From positions 11,780,001-11,844,000 of the forward strand of contig CM075985.1 in assembly GCA_038087875.1 (NCBI GenBank): 64,000 nt of DNA, in the 5' to 3' direction. The notes under the pieces are model-generated. The model made no database searches and had not been told where the DNA came from. It saw only the letters and a list, made by a program, of their open reading frames with translations. Origin of the DNA: Malacoraja senta. Taxonomy: Eukaryota. The position numbers and the translations under genes are program-made. Positions 1-13,169 of this stretch are shown here, in pieces; the stretch's first letter is position 1; each line of letters opens with the position of its first letter.

Positions 1-1519
1 CTATTGACGCACCCTGTATCAGGCATAAGTCATCCATGCCATGACAAAATTAACCTACTGGGTTGCAGATTATCAAAAGACCACTGCTGGGACTGGGGTG
101 TCTGACAGGACCATCAACATGATGACACCGTATGTCCACCAGGAAACAATACCTATCGAGCATCAGGAAGTGGGAAAGATACTGCTCGACTACTGGGACA
201 ACATACTCATCTGCAACCATAACCAATGTACTGGAGTTCCTGGGGGCCTTCACCATAATGAAGGATTGAGCTACAGTGCCATCAATACTGCCAGAAGGGC
301 GCTGTCAGCCTACTTAAAACAGGTGCCAGGACAACAGGCCATAGGGTCTCAACCGCTGGTGATCAAACTCATGAGGAGTATTGTCAACTCCAACCCTCTT
401 AGACCTAGGTATACCCAAATCTGGGATGTCAGTGTGGTCCTGACATACCTAAGGGGATGGTCCCCAGCCAGGTCTCACCCTGGAAAAGCTAACCCTGAAA
501 ACGGTCATGCTGATGCCACTAGTCTCAGCACAAAGAGTCCAGTCCCTCCACTTACTGCGACTGGACAACATGGTTATAACACCAGACCGGGTCATTCACC
601 ATTCAGGAGCTGCTAAAGCAGAGCAAGCCAGGAACTTGAGTCCTAGTTATGGATTTCCGGGCATACCCACCTGACCTACGGTTGTGTGTCATGACTCACT
701 TATTCACTTACATCAACACAACAAGAGATTCTCGAGGGAGAAGGGAAAAAAAAAAAAAAAAAAAAAAGCCTTATGGGTCAGCCACAAGAAACCTCATGGT
801 TGGGTGTCGAGCCAAACCATCTCGAGATGGCTCAAGCAGGTACTGGGAGCTGCTGGAGTAGATACTGATGTATATACATCTCACTCCACCAGGGCAGCAT
901 CCACATCGGCGGCTAAAAGAATGAACATGGAGAAAACGTTCCAGACGTTCTACCACAAGCCGCTAGCAGAACCTGTGTTATTTGCAGAAAGAGTTTTAAA
1001 ATCTGCAAAAATATATAATTTAAGCCTGGGGGAGCATTTTGTCTTTTGTTATTGTTTAATAGATACCATTATTGTTTACAAACAGATTATGGTTGATTAC
1101 GATAACATACTTCCTCCCTTGAATGACTTCGGCAGCGAGTGAAGTATGAACTGTTACACGGTTTGAAATCACAGAGCTTTAAAATCTTCACGTAGTCACT
1201 CACGTGACTCCGAAGTAAAATAATAAGATTAAACGAGAACTTACCAGTTTGAAGTTTGATCTGTATTTTATGAGGAGTTACGATGAGGGATTACGTGTCC
1301 TCCGCTCCCACCCTCAATTATAGATCAACAGGTATCTTAGTTCTCCTTTTCTTTACTATGTTTATTTCAATTATTGTGTTTCCTGTGATTCCACACCGCT
1401 GCTTTGATGAATGTCGCGCATGCGTGCTGGACGGGTTCTTCACGTAATCCCTCATCGTAACTCCTCATAAAATACAGATCAAACTTCAAACTGGTAAGTT
1501 CTCGTTTAATCTTACTATT
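1..1519 (+). mobile_element. DIRS1-type tyrosine-recombinase retrotransposon, 3' portion (copy A), degenerate
   Basis: Frameshifted YR ORFs 41-616 and 684-1142 (GLSYSAINTARRALS, RPRYTQIWDV, HSTRAASTS). The internal complementary region at ~1188-1297 pairs with the terminal inverted repeat 1441-1519, which ends CTTACTATT. Confidence 0.93.
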
Positions 1520-1571
1520 AAATAGCATCCACTATGGATCTGCCAAAGGTATCAGCCCCATTCTATGGGGT

Positions 1572-1633
1572 TAATAATAATAATAATAATAATAGATTTT
1601 ATTTATATAGCGCTTTTCAGGACTCAAAGTCGC
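1572..1633 (-). repeat. Short L2/SINE-type 3' tail with (TTA)n
   Basis: Reverse complement reads AAAAGCGCTATATAAATAAAATCT(ATT)n, typical of L2-dependent 3' ends. Confidence 0.5.
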
Positions 1634-1826
1634 TAATGGCATCTGATTGTCCACCTGCCAAGGAGTTCTCACCTGGGCAGTGTCAGTCTCATTCCTGGAG
1701 GACACTGATACACTCTTCATCCAGAAAATGGTGGGAATGGTTCATCAGGAACCACAATCAACTAGATTGGCAATCAATGACTGGTGTGTTGCCACAGGGA
1801 ACAATGCTGCAACTCAATTATTTGTA

Positions 1827-4800
1827 ATAGTAAGATTAAGCGAGAACTTACCAGTTTGAAGTTTGATCATTATTTTATGAGGAGTTACGATGAGCAATTA
1901 CGTGAAGAACCCCGCCAGTCGGCATGCGCGTCAATCTTCAAAGCAGTGGTGCGAAATCACAGTTAATAGTAACTGAAGTAACATAGTAAGAATATAAAAC
2001 AGACCTTCCAGTTGACCTTTATGATATTGAGGGCCGGGAGCGGTGGGCACGTAATCGCTCATCGTAACTCCTCATAAAATAAAGATCAAACTTCAAACTG
2101 GTAAGTTCTCGCTTAATCTTACTATTTTACTTCGAAGTCATGTGAGTGATTCCGTGAAGATTTCAAAGCTCTGAGATTTCATGCCGTAGATACGAATCCA
2201 GGTGTCTCACACTGCATCAGTTGACTCAGGAGGAGTGAATAATGAGCAATACAGTGAAACATGGTACAGTTGAACATGTTGATGCTTTAATTCACAAACA
2301 AAATAAAGAAAATACAATAGCGACCCCTCTCTCGCAGGGGGAAGCTATGAAACAGAACTTAAAATGGAATGGGCGAACACCCCGGTTTCGATAAGTGGTT
2401 TATTATAAAACCGGTGAAATGTCAGTTCATTTGACCATCCTGCGGCTGCAAGGATATGATGTAGAGGGACGTCCATTGCCTTCGCTGCTGACGTTGATGC
2501 CGCCCTGGTGGAGTGAGATTTAAAATTGTCACGTGTATACACGTGTATACTGATAATGCAAAGGCAAAATAGCACAGCTGAAAGCCAATATATTGCCAAT
2601 TATAATTGATGAATAGAAGGCTGCTTGATAACAACAACAAGGTTGTTACAGGCTTCAATTAATTCCAATCTCTTGCCTCAAGGCGGAGTCCCAGACAAAT
2701 TAATAGAGTTAAAGGTAAATCCCAATAATCAATAATTTCAGTTGGTATCAATTTACATGTAACTGGATGGGTGAGAAACCCAATTTCTCAAATATAGTTA
2801 GGTGGCTGATACAGCTAATTTAGCAAAATACAGCGTTTAGAATGTCATCCCGCTGGCCATGACAATTGTTTTTTAGCTCTGAGCAGTTGAAGCACTGGTT
2901 TTAGTAATTTGGTAAATAACCTGGGAGCTGAAGTTAGCCCATTTTGCAACACTTCTAACTGTATCCAATGTTCAATAGATTCAGAATCAGTTCCTGTGGA
3001 TTGGAGGATAGCTAATGCTATCCCACTTTTCAAGTAAGGAGCGAGAGAGAAAACGGGGAATTACAGACCATAGCCTGACTTCGGTGGTGGGAAACATGCT
3101 GGAGTCAATTATTAAAGAGGTAATAATGGGGCATTTGGATAGCGGTAAAAGGATTAGTCCAAGTCAACATGGATTTATGAAAGGGAAATCATGCTTGCCT
3201 AATCTTCTTGAATTTTTTGAGGATGTGACAAGTAAAATGGATGAAGGGGTGCCAGTGGATGTAGTGTATCTAGACTTTCAGAAAGCCTTTGATAAGGTCC
3301 CGCACGGGTGACTGGTGACTAATATTAGAGCACATGGTATTGGGGGTAGGGTGTTGACAGGGATAGAAAATTGGTTGGCAGACCAGAAGCAAAGAGTAGG
3401 AGTGAATGGGTCCTTTTCAGAATGGCAGGCAGTGGCGAGTGGACTGCCGCAAGGCTCGGTGTTGGGGCCGCAACTGTTTACCATATATATTAATGATTTG
3501 GAAGAGGGAATTAGGAGCAACACTAGCAACTTTGCGGATGACACAAAGCTGGGTGGCAGTGTGAAGTGTGAAGAGGATGTTAGGAGGTTGCATGGTGACC
3601 TGGACAGGTTGAGTGAGTGGGCAGATGCGTGGCAGATGCAGTATAATATAGATAAATGTGAGGTTATCCACTTTGGTGGCAAAAACAAGGGGGCAGATTA
3701 TTATCTCAATGGGGTTAGGTTAGGTAAGGGGGAGGTACAGCGAGACCTGGGTGTCCTTGTACACCGGTCACTGAAAGTTGGCGTGCAGGTACAGCAGGCA
3801 GTGAAGAAAGCTAATGGAATCTTGGCCTTCATAACAAGAGGATTTCAGTATAGGAGTAAAGAGGTTCTTCTGCAGTTGTATAGGGCTCTGGTGAGACCAC
3901 ATCTGGAGTATTGTGTACAGGTTTGGTCTCCTAATTTGAGGAAGGACATCCTTGTGATTGAGGCAGTGCAGCGTAGGTTCACGAGATTGATCCCTGGGAT
4001 GGCGGGACTGTCATATGAGGAAAGATTGAAAAGACTAGGCTTGTATTCACTGGAGTTTAGAAGGATGAGGGGGTATCTTATAGAAACATATAAAATTATA
4101 AAAGGACTGGACAAGCTAGATGCAGGAAATATGTTCCCAATGTTGGGTGAGTCCAGAACCAGGGGCCACAGTCTTAAAATAAAATAAATTTCACCCAGAG
4201 AGTTGTGAATTTATGGAATTCCCTGCCACAGAGGGCAGTGGAGGCCAAATCACTGGATGGATTTAAGAGAGAGTTAGATAGAGCTCTAGGGGCTAGTGGA
4301 ATCAAGGGATATGGGGAGAAGGCAGGCACGGTTTATTGATAGGGGACGATCAGCCATGATCACAATGAATGGCGGTGCTGGCTCGAAGGGCCGAATGGCC
4401 TCCTCCTGCACCTATTTTCTATGTTTCTATGTTTCTATGTCTATGTTTCTATCATTGCCCCATCCAGCTAAATTTCAAATATCTCCAGTGCCCTGTGAAT
4501 GGAAACTGATCCCATGGAATTTAAACAGTCACGAAGTTTCCTATTCAGAAATGTCTATACTGCACATGCGAGTTGACAATGAACAGGCCACATCTGCCAT
4601 AATTGCGAGCCTGCCTTGAAAGCCAACTCCCTTGGTTGTATGCTGTGCAGTATAAACTAATCTCATGTTATCATTGTCATCTGTACAAAAACCAAGTGTA
4701 AATATTACCAACTTGTATCCGTGACAGGAGGCATCATATGGCTCCATCTTCATCCTTCATACCTCTGAAAGGGAGGACTTATGCAACTTGAACCAGGAGC

Positions 4801-6473
4801 TGCCTCAACCAGCTTCATCCTTCCTACATCCGAATGGGAGGACTTATGCAACCTGACCCAGGAGCTGCCTCAGGCATGTGTGCAAGTATTTTAGCACCAT
4901 CTCCATCACTACGTTCGATCGAGTGGGAGGAATTGCAACCCTGAAACAGGTGTCGCTTCAGGCACATGTGCACTTCTGTAGCACCCTCAAGCAATCCGTT
5001 CCTTTGAGTGGGAGAAAAGTTGCAACCCTGAACCAGGAGCTGCTGCCTGACATGCCTTAGGATGGAGCGTTCTTGACTGCGACGAGTCACAATCTTGTCT
5101 GACATAGATGCCCAAGACTTGGCACTGACTCTGAGTTGGGGTTTGTCAGGTTGCTTCCTTCAGCAGCCGCCAGGACTAGATGCTCCTTTCCGATGCCAAT
5201 GCAGTCTACAGGGACGGACTGGAGCGCCTCTAGCCCCCGTATGCCAGACATAGTGGGAGAAATGCTGGACAAAACCTGCCAGTTATTTGTCATGGGCAAA
5301 GACGTTTACATAAACTAAGACGCCCACCCAGTTAAATCAAAGATTTGATTACTTTATTGATATGAATAAACTCGGTGTCTCGGGGAAGAATCTTCCACAG
5401 TCCCTTTAATGAGCGGAATTACCATGACACCACTATGTGTAAAACTAAAACAATTAATCAGAGGGTATCAGCATAATGGTGCCTACCCTGTATAGCCATA
5501 TACTTGAAAGAATACACTATAACTGCTAATGCCATGGAGGCGTAGGGGTGTTTATGCCGTTAGTAACGCTCATGAATGGCAGCATGTGCCATGGACATTC
5601 CTCCGGGGTTGGGGTCAGTCACACACTGACTCATGCACGCCTCTCTACCGAGAGGGAGATCTGTGAGCAACCCTGTACACAGGTGCTGCTGTAAACCTCC
5701 GTGGACCTTGTGCTGATATGGCCCTGTTTTAGTGGACTATATCAGGCTGGGTAAGACGTCCGAGGACGTACCCTAGAATGTTGGAGGGGAACCCTCCTGG
5801 CCAGGCTCGTCCAGCCCGGGCCTCTCCGACTTAGTTTGGTTGCCTACCTTTGGGCTGCACAAGTCGAAGTCGCTGACCGTGAGTCCTGCTCCACCATGCG
5901 AACCAGACGGCCACCGGCTATCCGCTCTCCCGTGGTCCGTAGCTGGCATCTCTGTAGATAATGTAGTGGCTTACCCTCCAAGCGGGGTTGCCTGGGTGCT
6001 ACCGGCACCAGTCTGAAGCCGCTGGCTCCACCGCCAGTGACCCGAAAAGGCGAATTCGACCGCCGCCCGCTATCCGCATTCCGTGGTCTCCATAGCAGGT
6101 TCCCCTGTGGTCCCTGTAGAAGGGATTCCCCGCGAAGTCCAGGTCGGGTTTTCCCCACAGTTTTCGAAGCCGGGATTCCCTCTGCGGTCCCTGTAACAGG
6201 GCTTCCCCGCAATGTCTGTGGTCGGGCTTCCCCCGAGCCGGATCACCGCAGTTTTCGCACCCAGGATCCCCCCCCCCCCCCATGATCCCTGTAGAAGGGA
6301 GCCGGGTGAAGCCAGGATTTTGACCCCGGAACGGTTTGACCGCTAGGTTCAGGTTTGACCGCTAGTGGAGCAGTCCTCCCACCAGCCGTCGTTGCACAAT
6401 GTGTTAGACGATATGATGCGCATGCGGGCTGGCGGGGTCTTCACGTAGTCACTCACGTGACTCCGAAGTAAAA
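1827..6473 (-). mobile_element. DIRS1-type retrotransposon (copy B), internally deleted and interrupted by a CR1
   Basis: Same terminal hairpin at 1827-2125. YR C-terminus at 2345-2530 (HSTRAASTSAAKAMDVPL...AGWS), RT fragment at 2845-2970 (NGLTSAPRLFTKLLKPV). 5' terminus CACGTAGTCACTCACGTGACTCCGAAGTAAAAT at 6442-6473. Confidence 0.92.
2971..4451 (+). mobile_element. CR1 LINE, 5'-truncated, RT domain and 3' end
   Basis: ORFs 3015-3311 and 3315-4187 (QHGFMKGKSC, YLDFQKAFDKV, PQGSVLGP, FADDTK), followed by a (TTTCTATG)n tail. Confidence 0.97.
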
Positions 6474-6945
6474 TGGTATACTTGGAGCGTACTGTAGGTT
6501 AATGGGATGTTGTGCTGTTTGATGGGAGAAATAGCAAAACTGAACATTTCACATGGTGAGAAGCCAGTAAATGTGGGTGTGTGGAAGGGTCCAGGCATGC
6601 TGGTTCACCTGATGCAGAAAATTAATCTGGAGCTGGAACAAGCAATTATGTAGTCAAATAGCACCATGTCTGTTCTTGTGTGGGGTTTGGAGATAAAAAC
6701 AAAGATGTTTTGCTGATATTCCACAATGTTTCAGTGAGAGGACATTTGGACTTTTCGGCGTGTTTTGATCTCCGTACCTAAGGCAGGAAATATTTTCCTT
6801 GGAGTCTGTGCAGTATTGATTTACCGGATGGATGTTTAGAATTAGGGAAGTGTCCAGTGAAGAGAGATGGTGGAATATTAGAATAAACTCTCTGGAAATT
6901 AGAAAAGATTACAGGTGATCTCAGGGAGAGTTACAGGACAATGAA
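6474..6945 (+). mobile_element. Old, highly decayed CR1 fragment, probably continuing at ~17656
   Basis: Residual similarity to the CR1 RT C-terminal region, and a similar copy at 36410-36588. Confidence 0.55.
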
Positions 6946-8163
6946 TACTTCTCCTCTCCTCAGGAAATTGTGGGAGACCTGGTTGAAATTTACGAGTCGT
7001 CATTGAATACAGGAAAGGTGCCGGAAGAATGGAGGGTGGTAAATGATGTGCCACCATTCAAGAAGGGCGGCAGGAATAAAGGAGCTATCCCACTATGGTG
7101 ACCTAATCTGCAGTTCAGGAGAGTTTGCCCTCGACTCATACTTGCAGCATGGTCGACATGAGGTCCTAGGTGGTCCTAGGAGGTGTTTATAAATGGGCTG
7201 TCCCACTTGGGCGATCTAATCCACGAGTTCTGGCAGGTTTGCCCTCGACTCATACTCGCAGCATGGTCGACACGGTGTCCTAGGAGGTCTTTTTAACTCT
7301 CCTTCATGCTGGAGAGTAGTCCCCATGTACTCGAGGCCTCAGCTAGGTCGCAACATATTTTCCAACGATGAAAAATGCCCGCGAGTAAAAAAAGGTCGCC
7401 ATGGAAAAAAACAATACTTTTTTTACTCGTAGGTTTAATCGTAGTAGGTCATAGTAGGTCATAGTAGGTCGGCATGTTATTCATAGGTAATTGAAGGTAA
7501 TCAAGGGTAGTCGAAGGTAATCAAAGGTAGTCGTAGATAATCTTCAACATAGTCGAAGGGAGGTCGAAGGAGATCGAAGGAGGTCGTCTTCACTCTCCAC
7601 TATTCGGTGAAGGCTATGTACTTAACTTTCTCTGTTTCTTTTCCGAGTACAGGCCTTGTGGATGTGATTCGGGAATCAAAGGGTTAAAAGGCTCCTGTAC
7701 CCGATTGGCCAAGCTGCGTCAGGTGACTCATCTGAAGCATAAATACCAGAACTTCCCAGAATTCTCTCTCTTCGACGTCGAGCCTGCCTGTGAGCTGACT
7801 GATGGAGTGAGCTGCAGAAGGCCTGGCCACATGGCATAGAACTTTGTGTACTTTCACAATTACTGATTATCAAATGTTGCATTGGGACGGATAAGGGCTG
7901 ACCTTAGAGTTTTCGGTATTTTGTTTCAGGGTTATATATCTTTAGGCAGGTTAGAGACTCCGGTTCGACGGTCCATCACGTGGCTGGCCGGAGCACGGTT
8001 CAATTGTTTGTTAGTCCATCCATATCCCAGACTGGGTTGTTTGAATCAGGTTTGGGGTTTTTGTGTCCCATTGAAATAATTAAAACTATTTTTGAACTTA
8101 AACCTGGTTTTTGAATTATGTTACGCGGCTCTGAAGTACCTGCTTTCGGGAGTCGTAACAAAA

Positions 8164-8176
8164 TGGGGGCTCGTCC
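8164..8176 (+). promoter_or_regulatory. Primer-binding site (tRNA-Pro) of the Gmr1-like element
   Basis: TGGGGGCTCGTCC directly after the 5' LTR, complementary to the tRNA-Pro 3' end. Confidence 0.88.
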
Positions 8177-11100
8177 TAAGTTTTCAGGACCCCAGACGTT
8201 TTTGGGGGGGGGGTTTGGTAGGCTTCTGGTGACTGAGGAAGTTTGTGTGCTGTGAGGGAAATTTTTCTTCCCTGTTTGTGGTAGCATTGGTGCCCAGGGT
8301 TTAGCTGGTGGTTTGGTGCTACATTTGATATGGAGTCTAAAGGGAAGGAATTTATTGAGGCTCCTAGTCAGGAGTTGTTTGATAAATGTACGAAGGAGCA
8401 TTTGATTTTTCTGGCAGAGAAGTATGAAGTGCCTATTAACCCACAGTCAAAGAAAGTCCATTAAATCGGTGTTGTGGGCTGCATTGGTGGAGGGTGGGGT
8501 TGTGCCTGGCTGTGCAGACAGTCCCACACCTTCTGTTCAGCCTGTTCAGAACATGGAGGCTGTCATTAAACTGAAGGAGATGGAGCTCGTGTCACAGAGA
8601 ATGGACTTATAAAAAGGATGAGCTCATGCATGCTCATGTTCTTGAAATGAGACGGCTTGAGGAGGAAACCAAAAGGGCAGAGTTTCAGCTGCGGGAGAAA
8701 GAATTAGATATGATTATGGAAGACTTTAAAAACTGTCTCCCTGAGAGGGTTACTACTTACCTTAATGAGCAGAAGGTGAATGAGGTGTCTAAGGCCGCGG
8801 TGTTGGCAGATGAGTATGTACTGACTCATAAATCTGATTTTGTTGGGCGCTCCTATAGTTTTGGTGCACGGCCGGTTGATCGTGGTGGTGTCACCGGTGG
8901 CGGTGTCAAAGGTGTTTCTGTGCCTGCAAGTGGCAGCACGTTGATACAGGGGGAGGTCCGAGCTGATAAGGTTGACGGAAATTTGAGGACTAACGAAGGT
9001 CCTGTGTGCTACTATTGTAAAGGGAGAGGGCACATGCTAAAGGCGTGACCCATTCTGAAGCAGAAAAAAGCAAAGCCTGTGGCTTTGGTGGGTACACGGA
9101 AGGCACCTGTGGTACCTGAGGTGCCTGAGTCTGATGAGTGTAGGGATTATTCTGCGTTCATCATGAATGATTTTGTTTCTCTGGAGGATGGGGGCGATAG
9201 AGTTCCAGTATCCATCTTGCGTGATACTGGTGCTACTCAGTCCTTTATATTGGAGAGTGTACTGCCGTTTTCTGGTGAATCATCGGTTGGGTCAAGTGTC
9301 CCTGTGGTAGGATTCGGGATGGATGACATGGTAGTGCCTTTGCATACCGTGAGTCTCGAGTCCGAGTTGGTTTCAGGCCGGGTAACTGTTGGGTTACGGC
9401 CGTGTTTTCCCGTTGGGGGAGTTTCTGTAATTTTGGGGAATGACTTGGCAGGAGGTAAAGTTTTAGTTACTCCTGAGGTGACAGCTGTTCCGATGGTGCA
9501 GAGTCCTGATAGATTGGCTATGCAGCATCCGAGGGTCTTCGCAGCTTGTGCTGTCATGAGGGCTATGGCTAAGAGCCAGGCGAAGTTTGAGGATGTAGTG
9601 GACCTGAGTGAGAGCATTTTGGGGGATCAGGATGATGGATCCTGTGTTGTGAAGGGTGTTTCTACATCTAAAGATGGGATAGTGTCTGAAAATGGGCCGG
9701 TGTCGCTGTCACATGACCGACTGGTAGAAGAGCAAAACAGTGATCCGGGTTTATCTGAGCTGTTCGACTGCGCGGTGCCTGAGGGGGATATGGATTCCAC
9801 AGCAAAGGGGTATTTTCTATGGGAGGGCTTACTGATGCGAAAGTGGTCTCCCTTGGATATATCTGGGCATGATGATTGGAGTGTGGTTGATCAGATTGTG
9901 ATACCTCGTCGGTATAGGGACGAGATACTCGGTTTGGCTCATGATGGTCCTCTGGGTGGACATTTGGGGGTCAATAAGACGTATGACCGTATCTTACGGA
10001 ATTTTTTTGGCCATGGTTGAAAAGGGACGTGAAACAGCAGTGCAGGTGTTGTCACATTTGCCAGGTAGCAGGAAAGCCGAACCAATCGATTGTTCCTGCG
10101 CCTTTATATCCAATCTCTGTGGTCGGTGAGCAGTGTGAGCGGATTCTAGTTGATTGTGTGGGCCCTCTTCCTCGGACAAAGGTGGGCAACAAGTTTTTAT
10201 TGACAATAATGTGTGCGTCTACCCGCTTTCCAGAGGTGGTCCCTTTGCGTAGAATTACTGCCCCTACCATTGTGAAGTCTCTCACTAAGTTTTTTTCGTT
10301 GTTACGGTTTGCCCAAGGTGGTGCAGAGTGACCAAGGTTCCAACTTCATGTCGAAGGTTTTTGGTCAGGTAATGCAGTTATTAAATATTAAACATTGTTA
10401 CTCCAGTGCGTATCACCCTGAGAGCCAGGGAGCTCTCGAGAGGTTTCACCAGACTTTGAAATCGATGTTGAGAACTTACTGCCTGAAGTTTGAAAGGGAC
10501 TGGGATGAGGGGGTTCATCTGGTTATGTTTGCGGTGCATGAGGTCGTGCAGGAGACTTTTAGGGTTCAGTCCTGCTGACCTGGTGTTTGCGCATACGGTA
10601 CGTGGTCCGTTGAGGGTCCTAAAGGAGAAATGGTTGCAGGAGGAAAAAAAATGTAGTATTTTAGACCACATCTGTACCTTTCGGTCTAGACTGAAGACGG
10701 CATGCGAACTGGCAATGGGTAATCTTGCTTCTGCTCAGTCTAGGATGAAGGGGTGGTTCGACAGGAAGGCTTCTAGTAGGAATTTTTCTCCAGGTGACAA
10801 GGTCCTGGTGTTGTTGCCTATTCCTGGTTCCAGTCTACAGGCTCGGTATAACCTATCAGGTGGTTAAGAAGGTTGGTGAAAGGGATTATGTTATTGGTAC
10901 CCCTGATCGAAGGCGAAAGACTCAGCTCTGATAAGTCAACATGATGAAGCAGTACCATCAGCAGGAGCCTGTGGAGGTGGATGGGGAGGTGCTGCGTCCT
11001 TCGGTTTCGTCTAAGCCTGTTTTGGCTGCAATGGTGCTGCCCCCTGACACGGGTGGTAATGTGGGTGAGGCACGGTTGTCAGTGGCACTGACGCAGGGAA

Positions 11101-12192
11101 GGCTGTGTAACTCTGAGGCTTTGGAGTCGCTTCCCTTGCGGCTGTCGCATTTGACTGAAAGTCAGCGGGGTGATCTGCTTGATTTGGTGAAGTCAAATGG
11201 GTCACTGTTCTTGGATGTGCCTTCTCAGACGTCTGTGCTGCAGCATGACATTGACGTGGCCGGTGCTGCGCCAATTAAACAGCATCCGTATCGGGTCAAC
11301 CCTGGCAGGCGTCATCGTTTAGGGAGTCAGGTTGACTATATGCTGCGGCATGGCATAGCTGAACCTAGTTGTAGTCCGTGGAGTTCTCCGTGTCTACTGG
11401 CTATGAAGGCTAATGGGGAGGACAGGTTTTGCACGGACTTTCGGAAAGTGAATGGTGTAACTAAGCCAGATTGCTATCCTCTCCCACGAATGGAGGATTG
11501 CGTGGATCGTGTGGGAAGTGCATCTTTTGTGTCTAAATTGGACTTGTTAAAAGGGTATTGGCAAGTTCCCTTGACTGGGCGGGCGAGGGAGATCTCTGCG
11601 TTCGTTACGCCTGATAACTTTCTGCAGTACACAGTAATGGCATTTGGGATGCGCAATGCGCCGGCAACCTTCCAACGGTTGGTGAACATTGTATTGTCTG
11701 GTTTGTCCTTCTGTGAGGCATACCTTGATGATTTGGTTGTGTGCTCCAGGTCGTGGATCGAACACATCAGTCATCTGAAGGAGGTATTTCATCGTCTAGC
11801 GGAGGCAAAGCTAACTATCAATCTGGGGAAGTGTGAGTTTCGCCAGGCCACGGTAACGTATCTGGGTAAGGTGGTGGGCCGGGGTCAGGTTCGCACTCTC
11901 AAGGAAAAGGTGGAGCATATTGTCGCATTTCCTGCTCCAACCTCGAGGACTGAACTCCGTAGGTATCTGGCTATGGTTGGGTACTATAGGGGATTCTGTC
12001 CAAACTTCTCTGCGGTGGCTGCCCCTTTAACGGATTTGCTGAGTCCGAAGTCAACAAGCCTTTGAACATACTAAAAGTCTTCTGGTGCTCGCACCTGTGC
12101 TTGCGGCACCTGATTTTGAGCGTCCATTTAAGCTGGCAGTGGATGCTAGTGATCGTGGGGTTGGGGGAGTTCTTCTACAGGATGATTCAGAT

Positions 12193-13169
12193 AATAATAA
12201 TAATAATAATAAATTTTATTTGTGGGCGCCTATACCAAAGTCTCAAGGACACCTTACAGAATATAACAGAGAAACATAAATCGGAGTAAAATAAGTTATA
12301 AAAACATGACCAATACACAAATTAAAGACAGAATTCGATTCAAAGACATAAAAAAAATCAGAAACACAATGTGAAGAGAGAGCTGCGGCAGCTAAACCGC
12401 GCAAGCGTCCACGCTCCCTTCCGACCGCCATCTTGGACACAGACTAACATAGACACTACACACAAAAATCATCCCCCCACAATGGTTACCACTGTGGGGG
12501 AAGGCACAATATCCAGTCCGCAACCCCAGTTCTCCCCAAAGTCAGGCCAATTGAGGCCTCCGCTATTACCTCTACGGAGGCCCGATGTTCCTGGCCGTTC
12601 TCGCCGGGTGCAGTTGCCCCGGCGTCGGGAGAGTCCTCGCAGCGGCTGGGCCACCTGGAACGGCCGATTCCCTACCGGAGTCCGTGGCCTCCGAAGCCGA
12701 CAAGGCCGCGCCGGTTTGGAGCTCCCAGGCTCCTGATGTTAAAGTCGGCGCCGCCCGCTCCTCTCCGCAGACCCGCAGCCCGGAGGTGTCGAAGTCGGCG
12801 GTCACAGCTCACCGGAGCTCCAACGCGTCGATCCAGCGCGGCGACCCAGGCAAGGCATCACCCGCTCCGCTCCGCGATAGTGCCCCAGCGCTGTGCCGCC
12901 ACCGAAGCCGAGGTGCTGGGCGGTCCCCGTCAGGAAACGGCGCTCCATGCCCGCTGGTAGGCCACGAGGACGGGTCGACGGGGCAGCCAGGAGAAAAAGC
13001 TGCCGCCCCGACCAGGTAGGGACCTAGAAATAAGGTTACCCCCTTCACCCTACATTAAAAGACGATATCTCCCACAGACAGTACATAGGACGCACTAAAA
13101 CTGCAAAAAAAAAGTGAAATAAACGGACGGCTGCTGATTAGCAGCCGTTCCCCAAGATGGCTCCTCCTC
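12193..13169 (-). mobile_element. GC-rich non-autonomous non-LTR element with an L2-like 3' end, inserted in the Gypsy RNase H
   Basis: It interrupts ...LLQDDSD|GVEHPVSYFSKK, has a (TTA)n tail at 12193-12211 and is flanked by GAT on both sides. Confidence 0.75.

Noticed and set aside
746-766. Poly-Lys tract in the DIRS recombinase
   Set aside because: It is a homopolymer A expansion or sequencing error in a dead element.
1188-2160. Recurring ~80 bp inverted repeats as a CRISPR array or novel structured RNA
   Set aside because: They are explained by the DIRS1 ICR and terminal repeats, and there is no repeat-spacer periodicity.
12371-13048. Overlapping Pro/Arg/Ala-rich ORFs here and at 51629-52324 and 60284-60936
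   Set aside because: These are stop-poor, GC-rich non-autonomous repeats with no recognisable domain.
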